Shown piece after piece: positions 49,501 through 61,881 of a stretch of 64,000 bases of DNA; position 1 is the stretch's first letter; every line of letters begins with the position of its first letter. This DNA is from Phoronis australis (taxonomy: Eukaryota > Animalia > Phoronida). A model generated the notes under the pieces. It made no database searches, had not been told where the DNA came from, and saw only the letters and a program-made list of their open reading frames with translations. Location of the stretch: contig NMRA01000128.1 in assembly GCA_002633005.1 (NCBI GenBank), positions 538,360-602,359 of the forward strand, given 5' to 3'. The position numbers and the translations under genes were made by a program.

Positions 49501-52500
49501 GTTACTGCCAAAGCTATCCTTATACTAAAAGGACACAATAAGGCCATTGTTCATTTGGTCATACATCAAGAAAAGGAACAGATAATAAGCCTTGCCAAGG
49601 ACAATGCCATTCGCGTATTCGATCTCCAAGATCAAAGCTGTGTTCAGCATATCCCGGGCAAGACAACACCTATTGGTAACTCTTCCACCATCAGTTGCAT
49701 ACACTTTAACCCTAAGACTGAGAATCTTGTTCTTGCAACCTCCCATTTATGTATATACGAGAAACCGGCCGCCGAAGTCGTAATTCAGCCTACCTCCCAT
49801 GACGCGGGAATTACTGCTGCTCTCTATAACCCACTCTTCGACGTCATAGTCAGCGGTTGTCAGCAGTCTGTTGTAAGCGTGTGGTCAGTGACAACGGGAG
49901 AAATGATTATTCAAGTAAGTACATGTATACGTTGGTTTCTTGGATTATAACTTCTGGACATTTTGTAGCTTACACACCATGTATTTCCACTTGACATTTT
50001 TGAGTCATTTAATCTGTTAACGCATTTCAATATCGTGCGTTGTCCACAGTTCAGAAATCTGCACAAACGAATTGTGGATGGGGCGGAAGTACCTGTCGAG
50101 ATAACCTCTATGTGTTTTGATCGAACTTATCGACGCCTTATAACGGGAGCGCAGGATGGTACAGTAAAAGTGTGGAACTTCAACAATGGCGCTCTTCTAA
50201 TGGAACTTGAGAAGGTCGACAACAAAGAAATCACTGGAATTGTGGCGCCACCTACTAGAATTTTGGTTGCTGGTTGGAACAGGTGTGTATTAGTAGTAAA
50301 TTCTTGGGAATGTGGACAGACAAATGTGAATGTGAATTAGGCATTAGTAAAGCAAACAGCTCTGATAGGCCTAAAAGTATGCACCTGATAAATTGGAACT
50401 TTCAATTCACAGGCACAAAGGCCTAGGTTATACTCGGCATACTGTTGAACTCTGAGTACCTAGTTTGGTTGGCGGCGGAACTCTTTGGTTAATTGCAATA
50501 AGTATGAGTGATGCTTGAGTGTCCGCATGGATGAAACATTGTTGTAGTGACTTCCGAGTTCTAATGTCTTCAGAAAACTATACACGATTTTAGCTATTGG
50601 TTTTGCCAACCAACTAAGATCCAACTTCATTTATTTGCAGTATTAGAAACTTTGTTACACACTCATTTAGAAAATATGTTGCTGCTCTAGGAGAGTAGTC
50701 TCGCACATTGACGCGAAGGATGTCGACGACTACGTCACCTTTTGGCCAGTGAAACACACGGATGACATCACTGGGATGGAATTCATGCCCCCAAGCATAG
50801 TGGGCACGTGCTCATACGGCGCAGACATCGTTATATGGTCAATGGAAACCGGTCACATGGTGTGCCGCATGAATATTAATGAGGGGACACACCCATTGCG
50901 AATTGTACAGCAATCAATCAGTGGGTATATTTTATTTCCTGGCACATTTTACCAAAGCATATTGGGCATAATTAATGGGCCCAACGTTTTGAAGCCAACT
51001 GCACTTGTCAATACTAAATATCATACTTTGTATGTCTGTTTTTCGACGCTCATCTTCATTTGATACTGACGGTTGCATTCGAACCTTTATAGGACACGGT
51101 TATGGAACCAGGGATACATTGAAACTGCAGAACTCGTCCACATTTGGGTCTTCCACCAGACGATCTCCTGTATTAGAATTGACCTTAAAGACAACTAATA
51201 CGAACATTGGTCTTCTGTCACAAACGCCAATACTAAATGCACCAGCTATCACAGTTGAGAAACGCTCATCGCCGGAAATAATATGCCCGTGAGACTTGCG
51301 TAAAGTTTGTTCCATGTTTGTAGTACAACTTTATTACTGTGCGCGTGTAAGCGCAGAGTACTGTTGTTCTTGGTTTGCATTGTACTTCGGTGTTAAACTA
51401 GTTGCAAGCGTACACACATGTGTTACGTGTACCAACAAAGACGAGAATTCCTCAAAGATCATTGAGAACGGTATTTGACTTCGTGCAACGTAGTTCCTTC
51501 TATTGTACTTCTGCAGAAACATAGAAAAATGCAATGATAAGAAAGGCGGATTCATTCCCGAAAGTATGACTGTATTTGCAGCTCGTGTGGAGGTGTTTCA
51601 AAGTCAGACAGACCAAGTGCAAGTAATACCGGAAAAGCAGAGACACCGCTTCTTGTGAGATCTTGCTTGTGTCACGGAGTATCCAGGTTAGACGTTCCTC
51701 TGGATCAACTCAAAAGCCAGTCGTCAACAAGTGCTACCAAAAGGAAAAAACAAATTATTAGCCCGAAATCTTATCGCATGGGCCTGAGAGAACGATTACA
51801 ACAAAAGAAGCGACGGCAGCAAGCTAATATGAGAAAGAGTGGGAAACGTTTGGCGGCACCTCCTGTCCAATGCGACGAAGATATCGATCTTGGAGAGGTC
51901 TTATCGATCGACAAAATTCTTTTTCTTAAAAATCGACCCATTTGTAAAGACACAGCTACTCTCGTAGCTGGCGGGTCTGAAGGTTGGGTCCAGGCTTGGT
52001 CGATACATCACCAAGGTATTATGTTGGGACAGTTCACTGCTTCAAAAAATCCTGGTGAAGGGATAGCTGCGCTTGCGTCAGACGAACTCAACCACTGGCT
52101 ATTTACAGGAGATTCCCAGGGATATATCAGAGTGTGGGACATATCGTTATACTGCATTAAAATGGATACACATGAAACTCACCGGCTGAAGCGAGAACGT
52201 CAACGAGTGTACAGACGGTTTCAACATTTATCGATTTGTGCTGACGCCTTCCATATCTTGCAGCCTAAAACAAAGCATCATGCCATTCCACCTAGATTGA
52301 GTGAGCCCGAGAGAACTCTCCTTATGCCCCCTCTGCTCAGCTCGTGGAGAGGACATCTTCAGAGCATCACAAGTTTGGATTACATCAAAAACAGAGACGT
52401 AAGAATTTGGAAAGTATTGTAATTTGGCACGCTACACTAATTAACATTCTTGATTTTCCTGTCAATTCGTTAATAAAAAACGTTTTGCTTTTCCACCAAC

Positions 52501-55500
52501 TACCTTTGCTCTGGGGAAGGCAATTTTACTTCAGTGCCTCCTTAGTGTTGAAAATCATATTTTATAGCATGGGTGGCGCAGTACTGAAAAAAGTGGGGGC
52601 TATACCCCCCCCAGCCCCCTTGTGGTGCACCGCCCATGGACCATGGGCAGCGCAGCACTGATAAAAGTGGGGGCTATAGCCCCCCAGCCCCCTATGGTGC
52701 GCCGCCCACGTATAGTTAATGAGTGTCAAGGTGAGTGTTTTAATACAGCAATAAAAGTTAAAACTTTTATTGCTGTATATGTCAGTCTGTTATGTGTAGG
52801 CCTACTTGCATTACTTTCAATACGTCACGTTTATCTTAGATGATTCTATCGGCTAGTCATGACGGCATTGTCCGTCTCTGGCACTTCACTGGACGCTACA
52901 TTGGGACATTTGGAGAACATAAATTGTGGAACTTGCCGGGACTATTCAGAGCACATTCACTGAAGCCGGTACTGCCGACAGACTTGAGACCCGTGATTTC
53001 GGGTTGCTCCATTCGGTGTATGACAGGTATGTGGTGAAGCTTTTATTGTGCCGTATCTCCGGCGTCCCTTGACAGATCGTTCTGAAATTTGGTACGTGGA
53101 CAAATCTTGCCGTGCCATCCCTTTCTCGTTACTCCGAGTAGCCGTTCTCGAGATGAACTGATCTGTTCTTATATTGACCGATTCCTCGCTGCCCCTTTGT
53201 TGGTCTATCTTTTACGCACGTTACAGATCCCATTCTTTGTCCGATCGACATGACCTTTACACAAAACATATATATTGGGAAGATTCGAGGCCTTTTGCTT
53301 TGGGGCAAAATCGGACGTAAGATGGTGTTGTGGCGGACATTTTTCTTTTCCAAATCCCACAACTCCTCTGTCCGTTGGATATTTTTTTCGGAAAATTGGT
53401 TTGTGGATAGTTCTTGTCAAGCGCTATGTATAAAATTCGTTTTTTCGCCGCGACTTACCGATTTCGAGTTATTTGAGCTTTACCAAATTGAGCTTGGAAT
53501 TACTTGTACTCGAAATCGAAGTCCGAAAATGTTTTTTGACATTTGACGTTCCCTTTTTACACAAAGTCAAGATAACCATATAATATTCTGTGTTTGACAC
53601 ATTATGGATTACGAGAATGTAGTATAAATTCACACTTGATGACATCTAGATTCAAACTACAAACTCGAGTAAACACTCTGGATTTTGAGTAAAAGCTTGA
53701 AATTTCGAATTCAGACTCGAACATAGAGTTTTAGTGATGGGCAAGTACAAAATAGGGATACACAATGGATACTTATCTTGAGTGTGTACTACAGTAGAAT
53801 TTAAACTGTTAAAATAATCTTTAGTTCTAGTTCGAGTAATACGATTAAACTTCCAGCCAAGATGACTTCTTTTACCGACTGAAACCTCGTTGCACTTATG
53901 TTTGTGTATTACATTGTATACGCGCGCTACAGTTGACAGTTCTTATCCACCGACACAGAATTACCTCGTCAATTACTCGGTGGCGTCTGTTATGGGTTGA
54001 TATCGGGTGCAAGATGGCACTGTGACGACCATATTGAACAATTGTTTGAAAAGCTTTAACTCCGCGGTTCTTTGAGGGAGTCTTTTGAAACTTAGCACGA
54101 GGATGAGTGGGTCCTTCGTTTCTTATTATTTTTTTGCCGTTTCTCGAGCTAGTTGAGATTTTCCGATTTGATGGCTGCTCTTTTATTCACTGATTCTCAA
54201 TGTAATTTTGTTGGTTTATCATTACTGCTCGAAGGCCATGTTTCTTGATCATTTTTGTCATTATAATTCATCATCATCAAAATCATCGTCATCATCGCCA
54301 CCTACATCATCATCATAATTATCATTATCATCATCATCAAAACAACTGACAGTTCGTCATTGCTTGAGACCAGGTTCTACAGATTGGCTTGTCACGATGT
54401 GTCACTTTATGCACAGACCACGGCCTTAAACAAATAGCGGAACTGTCAGTTTCTTACAAACCAAAGATGTCTTTTCACCTAAATAAGGATCACGTTAAGG
54501 CCAATTGCGTACAGTAGAAAACAAGTTAAACGTATTCAGAAAAAATGACGGATGGGCAGACGCCGAATTTATCGTCAGAGTACTCTTCCCTCGTGACAGA
54601 CTGAAGAAGAATTCACAGCAGTTATTATGGTGGCTAAGCCATTTTTCAGTTAGACTTTTGCCACCTTAAAAGTTATTACCAGTCATGTTTTGGTGTTGAT
54701 ATCAGATAATTTGCCTTCGTTACGGAAAATGTATTTTGCCTGATAAGTTTTGCCTTGCACTGTAGTTGAAAATGATCTGAATCAAAAGTTAGATTCTTCT
54801 ACACATTGCGGGTTTATGGATACTCAATTTTACCAAATGTTTGTATTTACAGAGTTTTCACCACTTAATAACTTGTCATCAAACATTACTTCCGATTACA
54901 CAACAAAATTCCCATTTCTTGGTTCGTTTCTTGAAGATATAAAATGCGATTTCCTCGTGTTTTCGAGCTCTGTACACTCACCAGAACTTCTTCTGTCAAC
55001 GAAAATATTTCAGATGATTATTGGTACACGACGGTATTGAATGTGCTTTATTTTTTACATATCTTGTTCAGGACGTATTCACAAACAGTGGAAGACGACT
55101 GTCAACAGTATAATATTTTTGCTTAAGACGATTGCATCCATGAAAGAAAGTGGCAAAAACGTGGATAACCTTCGATTTCCAACTGAACAAGACGATCAAG
55201 ACGACAAAACACGAGCTGCGTCACAGCATAAAATTACAACCGGATATGTAAGTGCCAGATTTGCAACTGCGAACCTTTGCACATATCGTCTTAGTTACAC
55301 GTGACTGAAAAATCGTCTGCTAAGAAGAAAGCTATTTCCCATAATCCGTTAGCCGCAGACGTTCAATGGTGAGAACCCCCCCCCCCCCCAATAATTTTGG
55401 CTTCTTACGGGTCTGCCATATTAGTGGATGTGGCCTGTTTAAACCATAGAACTCTAGCCCTAGAATACCAACTCCGATATCGCGACCGCTGTGGTTGCGC

Positions 55501-58500
55501 CGCGCATGCGTGAGGGTTGTTAGAATTCGTTTGTTCCAGTGTATGTGTACTTGCTACTATAGAATTTAGTGGCATTAAAACTTTCTGCAACTGCGCTGTC
55601 TTTGAACCGAATTGCACAAGAGCCTTTAGAAAGTCCTTTGTGAGTTCTCGGTTATTATACTAGAAGCAAAAGTTAAGCAATTTAATTGATAATTATCATT
55701 TCGCATAGATGACTGTTTAAAATATATTTATTTCTAAAACAGGTGTTTCTAATATGGGGAAAACGACAGTCTGTAATAGTAACATAAAAATGGAAATTAC
55801 TACATAAGCCATAAGAGAAATAATTTCAATGATTCAAAAGATTTCTACCCTACAATGACAAAGGTTTTAGAATGTAATTATAGATCTCTCACACTTTCTG
55901 TGGATAATTTAAGCATTCATCCAAAATTATACATCTTTATGTATTATAATTAATTGGCCAAATGTTTTCTTCTGTAAAATACTGTAACACGATTTTAACA
56001 CCCAAAAGTATCTTGTTGAAAACTCTTGGCATTAAGTATATTAGGTTGTCGAATATGTGGTTCTGGAGCTGGAGCTGAAAAGATATCTGAGGCCAAACTA
56101 CTCCAGGCATCCACCCCGGGCCACAACCCAGAGAATGACCAGTGTAGTTATCAGTGGAAGATTTAGGGGGGGGGGCAAGGGAGACATGCTCCCCTCTAAA
56201 ATTCTCCCAGATTCCATTTGGCTAATACCCTGTCCTGCCGCCCCCCCAAATCAAAATGTCTTGGATCCACCCCTGGCTGTCGGAGTTTGTTGACCAATTT
56301 TGCCGAGAAATCGCAGATGTATGGAATCGTATCTCAAGAGTCTCGCTTAATAAACAATAAGAGCAAAATTAAAATGAAGCAATGACATTAGGCTTGACTT
56401 GATAACTGCAACTCTCGATCAAAACTCAGTAGAGCAGGCAGTAGGAAATTCTCAGTGCAAACTTTCGCGGCTAGTCTCGGGGTCGCAAGGTTTAATAATA
56501 ATTATTATTCTTAGGTCACGTGCGAGAGTTAGCATTCCAGGGCTAGAGTTTTATGGTTAAAATCAATATTTTTCGAGAGACATTAGATGCCGCCAAAATG
56601 TTGCAATTGTGCCATTCCCAACACATTTAGAGTGATCACAATCTCACTGTTCTATCCTAGAACCACACATGCGTGAAGGTCATTGTAACGTGTCGATATT
56701 GTCGGTAAAAACCAGGTAATTTAGAAGGCCGGCCCATTGCGCGCTATCTTACGGACGTTTTTAAATTTTTTTCGAGTCGCTTATAGTAGCTAACACGCTA
56801 ACGCGTGCCCAACTGGAATCTGTGGACTCGTCAACCACCAAAACACGCTAGTTGTGACGTGAAGTGGACCTTGGACTTACTGTAAAATATTTCCCGAATG
56901 ATTCGTCTAAGTGTTAATGTTGCACCTCCATCAGCAATTTACCAATTCTGGGGTTACTTTATGTAGATGTTACCTTCCGGGGAAACGAACACGAATGTGA
57001 CATCCAAACTAGCACCGATTAACAGCGAAGAAATCATGAACAGGAAAATCAAAAGCGAAGTGCTGGGAAACTCGTACAAAAAGATGAGGAGGCATCGTCC
57101 CATGCCCGTGCTGCCAAAAGTCAAACATTTTCACACGCAGGTAATGCAATTCTTCATCCGATAGTCATGTTTACTATTCGAATACTTTAATTTATGAAGT
57201 GCCAAACCATTTTTGATGATTCATTGTAGAAAAGATGAGCACGCTGTGTCATTAGCTGCAGTGATGTAGTGGGGCTTAAACGCAAGTAGACGCAGTGTAC
57301 CACCCTTTTAATTTTCACCTTAACCTTTACGTATGATAAATTATGGTGAAATGGGACGTAGATGCACGTATACACTGAACACTACCACGTTCCTGTACTA
57401 TTTAAAGTAGGAAGATTTCTTTGTCAGAATGTTTGACAGGAAGTGCAGGAGTGGTGTTTTGGTCAACGGGATTCCAGTTTTAAAGGTCGGGGTTAGCGTT
57501 TATCAGGCTACTTATCTTTTTTGAAGTTGTAGGATTCTGTTTGCAACTCCGGGATATCTGTTTTACACCGGCATTCCTGTTTCGATAGAACACCCTGCTT
57601 TATCACCAGTTGAATACTTGATACGCTTATTTAGCGTATCGATATGTTGACTCAACGTGGCTTTCCTTCACACGACTTCAGCTTGAAAAGTTGAACGAAC
57701 CTAGAAATTTTGTAATCTGCATTGGATGTACTGGGCCTCCTGTGTCTTCTACTTGAACCTAAATTTATATAACTTCATATCGGTAAAGTGTGCCGAGAGT
57801 GTAAATTACCATCCGTAGGAAAATACACCAGTGCGCCAAATTAACAGTGTCACATGTGTTCAGCTTGATGAAAAAGTTTTAAAAACTGCATACATTTGTA
57901 CTTGTGAGTGTAGAGTTGAGAAACGGAATTTTGGGAACTGTGTTGGAATGTGCAACGCTGAGATATCCGTGTTTTGAACGAATGCTGTTTTATCCCATAC
58001 GCGTTGAATCTGTCAAGGGAAATACGGCCATGTAATAATGTTTTCCGTATTCACCTCCGGCTCCGGCACTACTTCAACAGTGACCTCTGACATTGAAAGT
58101 TCAAAAGGTAGGTCAATGTCGACTCGACGTCGTTAGCCGGTTAGATCATCAAACTTTCGGAAAATATCTTAAAGTAATACAGTTGTAGCTGTGTAAATAC
58201 CACTCAAAATGCAATCAGGCCTCAATCGTAACTTCTGGCACAGGACTGTTAATTATATGACAGTTCTGTTTTCAATTTCTATACATTATATCGTCTGCAA
58301 CTCGGGCACCGATTCCTCGCCAATATCAAACATTGTTGTCACTGGCCATGACAGCACCCGATACTATCGGCGACAGTATTACACAAGCAGCAACGACCGT
58401 CCCAGCAACACGTGAACCTATCCATGCTACAGAATCCGTAGCCAGCCAGCTAGCTGTATCAGCAGTGAGACTGTCGTATATTTAGTATACATCTTTGGGT

Positions 58501-60301
58501 TATTGTTTTGTACCAAGGCTACAGAATCCGTAGAAATGCGACAAAGTAGCTGCAACAACGCTACAACAGGCATATTCGCCGGAGCAGTCATCAACGGTGG
58601 CACTTTTAACATCTTCGTGAAAACAGACGACGTGTAGGCTACGCGTTCCGGTCAATGACCTAGTTTCATGAATGAGTGCAGCTACCCGATGAGAATTTTA
58701 CAATGTTATAAATATTCTTGTTATTTATTTATTTTCAAATATGATACAATTTCAATACACGATAACTGCCATTTTCACACCTTTTATCAATTTCAATTAA
58801 TAAACCGTTACATTTAAAACTGTTTTCTTTTACTATAGTAAGAGAGCAACATAACGCGCACGTACATACGCAACAGGTTGTGATTAGCCACGTAAACAGT
58901 CAGGGTGAAGTATTTATAAAATGCCGAAAGAAAACAAAAGAAACTCACGAATTCGATACGTATGAGATAAATACAAAACGTACCTCGAGTATATGAAATA
59001 ATGTCCCACGAGACATTATTCCGCGTATCGACCGAGACCGAAATACGCCACGCTCGGTACGTTTTGTGTATATATGTACATGTATTGTAAACTTTTTTGT
59101 AGCATGAAATGAGTAATTCATAGTTGCAACGCTTGTAAATACATATGAAGTAGCACGTGTTCGTTGAAAACTGCAATTTTACGAAAAAAATATAATCAGC
59201 ATCTGTCCGTCACATCTCATACATAATTCACGATCTCACTTTCGGAAGCCAAACATTTAGAAACTTAATCTAAAGTAAACAGAGAATGTAAATTTGGCAA
59301 GATCGTTATTTATAGTGTTAACGAAGAATGTGGATTGTTGTATTTCACTTTACTTTCTTGCTAAGATTATACTTCGATTCACATCCCGATTTAAATAAGC
59401 GCCCCAAGCCGCGAACGCTCAGTGATGCACTTCAATGTACTGTGCTGATACGCTGGGCCTCGGGTGAATACTTACCCTTAGATTTAGCACTACGCAACTG
59501 ATAAACTGTTTGAAGTGTTCTTCCAGCTCGGAGCTCTTCGACTATTCATTAATCGTTTTCAATTTTCCAGGCAATAGTTTTCTCTTCGCTCCCTTTTACG
59601 GGCCTTACTCCAGTCAAAGAGTTCCAGCCCTCCGAGTTCGTCCAGGAGCTTGTCAACCGTAACTTCAGTCCTGCCCATCTGACCCTGGGAGAGTCGGGAA
59701 CCCGGAGGAAGCGTAATCGCGCAGTCCGATGGCAGGGCTACTCCGTACGTCAGCGACCTAGTTCTAAAGCTTCCAGATCGACATCACCAATGGATGGCCA
59801 ACAATCGCGAACAGGGTCGCGTCAAGGATCACGCATAGGCTCACGTGCTGGGTCACGTACTGGCTCGCGGACTGCGTCCCCGAGGCCGGACGTCCGCTCC
59901 GGGTCACCATCATTGTCATCTAATGTGTCCATAAGACAGCATAGAACTACAAGTTCCAAACTGTCTTTGATTAGAGGTGCGGTTAAAATCATAGGATGAT
60001 GGTTTTTTGACAAAGTATTCACAAACAACAAATTTGATTTAGCCTGTATGTCATCGGTTGATAGCGAGAATTATACAAAAGTTGGACAAATGTCGGTCTC
60101 TATCTGCGGTTAAAAACTAATACATGCACTGTCAGAGGGCTGTGATCCTCAAACTTGGGTGTGAATGATTTTACTGGCTATGGAGTTGATCAGAGTCACT
60201 TCGTCTACACTGGACAACATGTCTTTTAAACAGGGTACTCGTTTAACAAAAAGTTCTTATTTTTTCTAACAGATGGCGTCTCCTCGCAAAGTAGTCAATG
60301 A
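43542..60301 (+). CDS. EF-hand + WD40-repeat protein, WDR49(CFAP337)/EFCAB8/WDY family; 5' end unresolved
   Basis: Exons: 43542-43688, 44556-44691, 46629-46749/46753, [possible small exon(s)], 48810-49914, 50050-50282, 50691-50924, 51582-52398, 52840-53026, 55072-55247, 56967-57140, 59571-59976, 60273-60301 (or read-through to the stop at 59999). N-terminal LFMKVDSNCDGGVDWDEYLSYML carries a canonical EF-hand loop. Many WD repeats follow (TGGLDHMIRVWNPY, LKGHNKAI, RRLITGAQDGTVKVWNFNNG, TGDSQGYIRVWD, SWRGHLQSITS, SASHDGIVRLW...YIGTFG). The paralogue cannot be assigned by eye. Confidence 0.88.
43903..44059 (+). mobile_element. 157-bp hAT-type MITE with 5-bp TSD
   Basis: CAGGGGCGGATCCAG...CTAAATCCGCCAGTG with TSD CGTTC (43898-43902, 44060-44064). 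Confidence 0.85.
44760..44944. mobile_element. Small MITE
   Basis: GACTAATCGCGTGGGACCGG versus right-end reverse complement GACTGGTCACGTGGGACCGG. Confidence 0.6.
47704..47968. mobile_element. Possible TTAA-associated (Kolobok-like) MITE
   Basis: TTAAGGTGACATTATCGGT versus right-end reverse complement AAAGGGACATTACCGGT. The match is imperfect and the right TTAA is not intact. Confidence 0.4.
52568..52710. mobile_element. Head-to-tail dimer of a 70-bp mini-MITE sharing one 5-bp TSD
   Basis: Units 52568-52638 and 52642-52710 (CATGGG..GCG...GCCCAYG). TATAG flanks the dimer at 52563-52567 and 52711-52715. Confidence 0.8.
54268..54339. repeat. Degenerate (CAT)n microsatellite
   Basis: Directly visible. 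Confidence 0.85.
56152..56275 (-). mobile_element. Inverted, internally deleted copy of the 43903-44059 MITE
   Basis: CAGTGGAAGATTTAGGGGGGGG...GGATCCACCCCTG is the reverse-complement homologue. No TSD is retained. Confidence 0.75.
57985..59045 (+). mobile_element. Possible Crypton-like (tyrosine recombinase) element remnant
   Basis: Decayed peptides MQSGLNR, NIVVTGHDS and TGIFAGAVINGGTFNIFVK resemble Crypton/DUF3504-type proteins. Both end segments recur elsewhere in the window (about 26385-26422 inverted; 25528-25557 direct). Confidence 0.45.
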
Positions 60302-60361
60302 CTTGAAAAGGATTGATGGGTACGAATTCATACCGTTTGTCTGTACACACTAGTAAACGTG

Positions 60362-60367
60362 AATAAA
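60362..60367 (+). terminator. Candidate polyadenylation signal of the WD40 gene
   Basis: AATAAA 60 nt after the TGA of the proposed last exon. Confidence 0.5.
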
Positions 60368-61147
60368 GTCAAAGCTCAATCAGCAGTCAATTATGTTGAT
60401 CTTAGATAGTCCATTTCATTTAAGTGCGACTTTTCCTTTGTTTTGTGGCATTCACGGGAGTGAAGTGTTGCCGGACATTCTTTATAGAATGTAACTATAT
60501 AAAAAGTAGAAAGCGTGTTGGACTCTATTTTTGACATTATAAATAAAAACATAAATGTGAAACTAAACGAAGTAATCTCGACACACAGTTGGACATTGTT
60601 GACCGGTATACGAATAAATTGTTTTTTAACTGACTTTATAATAACCTGCCATCAATTAGGTCACCTGAATATTTTCATTGAAATGTAACGAAAACGAATG
60701 GAGACAGAGAAAACAACGAACATGACGACCAAATTTTGTTTGAAATAAATGTTCAATACGATACCTCAAAAATGCTGTTACAATTTTCAAAGTAATTCTT
60801 TCGTTTTCGTTTTATACAGTTAGAACAAGGCATCATGCATTGTACTGGAAAGTTTAATTTGAATCCCATCATCCTTTTGTTAGATATGTTCCGAACAATT
60901 TTCTAGGCTGTCGCATAACCTCAAACGGTTCTCACCAGTTTGAAATCACCCAAAACTCTAATCGGAAGGTCCGTTACGGTATTTGAACGAAACACTTCAT
61001 CTACTAAAAATCCATACGTACATTTCTGATTAAATATTGGCCCAGGGTCTAATCTTTTTATTCGAAATCGAACTCGACATTTTTGACATTTTCTGTTCTT
61101 TAGTATGAACCCAAGGTTATTGTCCATCATTCCGTGCTGGAGTGTGT

Positions 61148-61315
61148 CATAGTTTACGCGGGTGGATGTCTAATCGTATTATGTTTTCGATGTTCCCAGC
61201 ACGAAAGCTAGTCAGAGTCCTGACCTCGAAACTTCGATATTTTCTCGAAATCTAATATGTTTGAACTCAAGTTTTAGCTCGAACTTGTATTAGACACACA
61301 CCAGCGTAAACCATA
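61148..61315. mobile_element. Small MITE
   Basis: ATAGTTTACGCGGGTGGATGTCTAAT versus right-arm reverse complement ATGGTTTACGCTGGTGTGTGTCTAAT. Confidence 0.55.
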
Positions 61316-61735
61316 AACTTTTCGAGCGCAGAACAATAGATTCATATTAAAAGAATAGCAGGAAATAAAATTATAAAAATAATTCGAGTCCGTAGATTAG
61401 ACCTCAGTTTCTCGTCATTGGCATAGGCCTACAAACCATAGTTTTACTCTTCTGGGTAGATTGAATAGCACGCTTTTCATTTATTCTCAGGGTATATTTA
61501 TGCAGTTCATCACCGAAGAAAACTAAAACAGACGTCTATGATGGTTATATTTTGTTTATTCCGCTGTGTAAGGGAGTCGAGGTACGTCTCCTTGAAGTTG
61601 TGAAGGCTTTAGAGACACAATCTTGTACCTGCAAGCGACCTCTATATTTTTGAGATCTTACACATTATCTGTTTTCGAATGCATTTTGTCCTCTACTATA
61701 ACTACGTTCTATCAGTTCGCCATTCAGTATGTGCA

Positions 61736-61881
61736 TTAATCCCAGAAATGGTCTTCTTTGTCCGCCGAATCGGTTACGTCCTCGCCGCTTTCCTTGTCGA
61801 AGGCGCCGTCATCGCCGAAACCTGGCCCTTCTATTTCAATGAGTTGCAGAGGATCTTCACTACCTCCGGATGGCGTAAGAA
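61736..61881 (-). CDS. Probable terminal coding exon of an unidentified convergent gene (acidic C-terminus)
   Basis: Strong acceptor cgttttcttcctccag|, a GC-rich open frame (x)LTPSGGSEDPLQLIEIEGPGFGDDGAFDKESGEDVTDSADKEDHFWD*, and AATAAA on the - strand at 61555-61560. Confidence 0.55.

Noticed and set aside
53040-54200. Coding exons in ORFs 53129-53546
   Set aside because: No WD40 similarity, and the flanking exons join in frame without them. This is probably unclassified repeat sequence.
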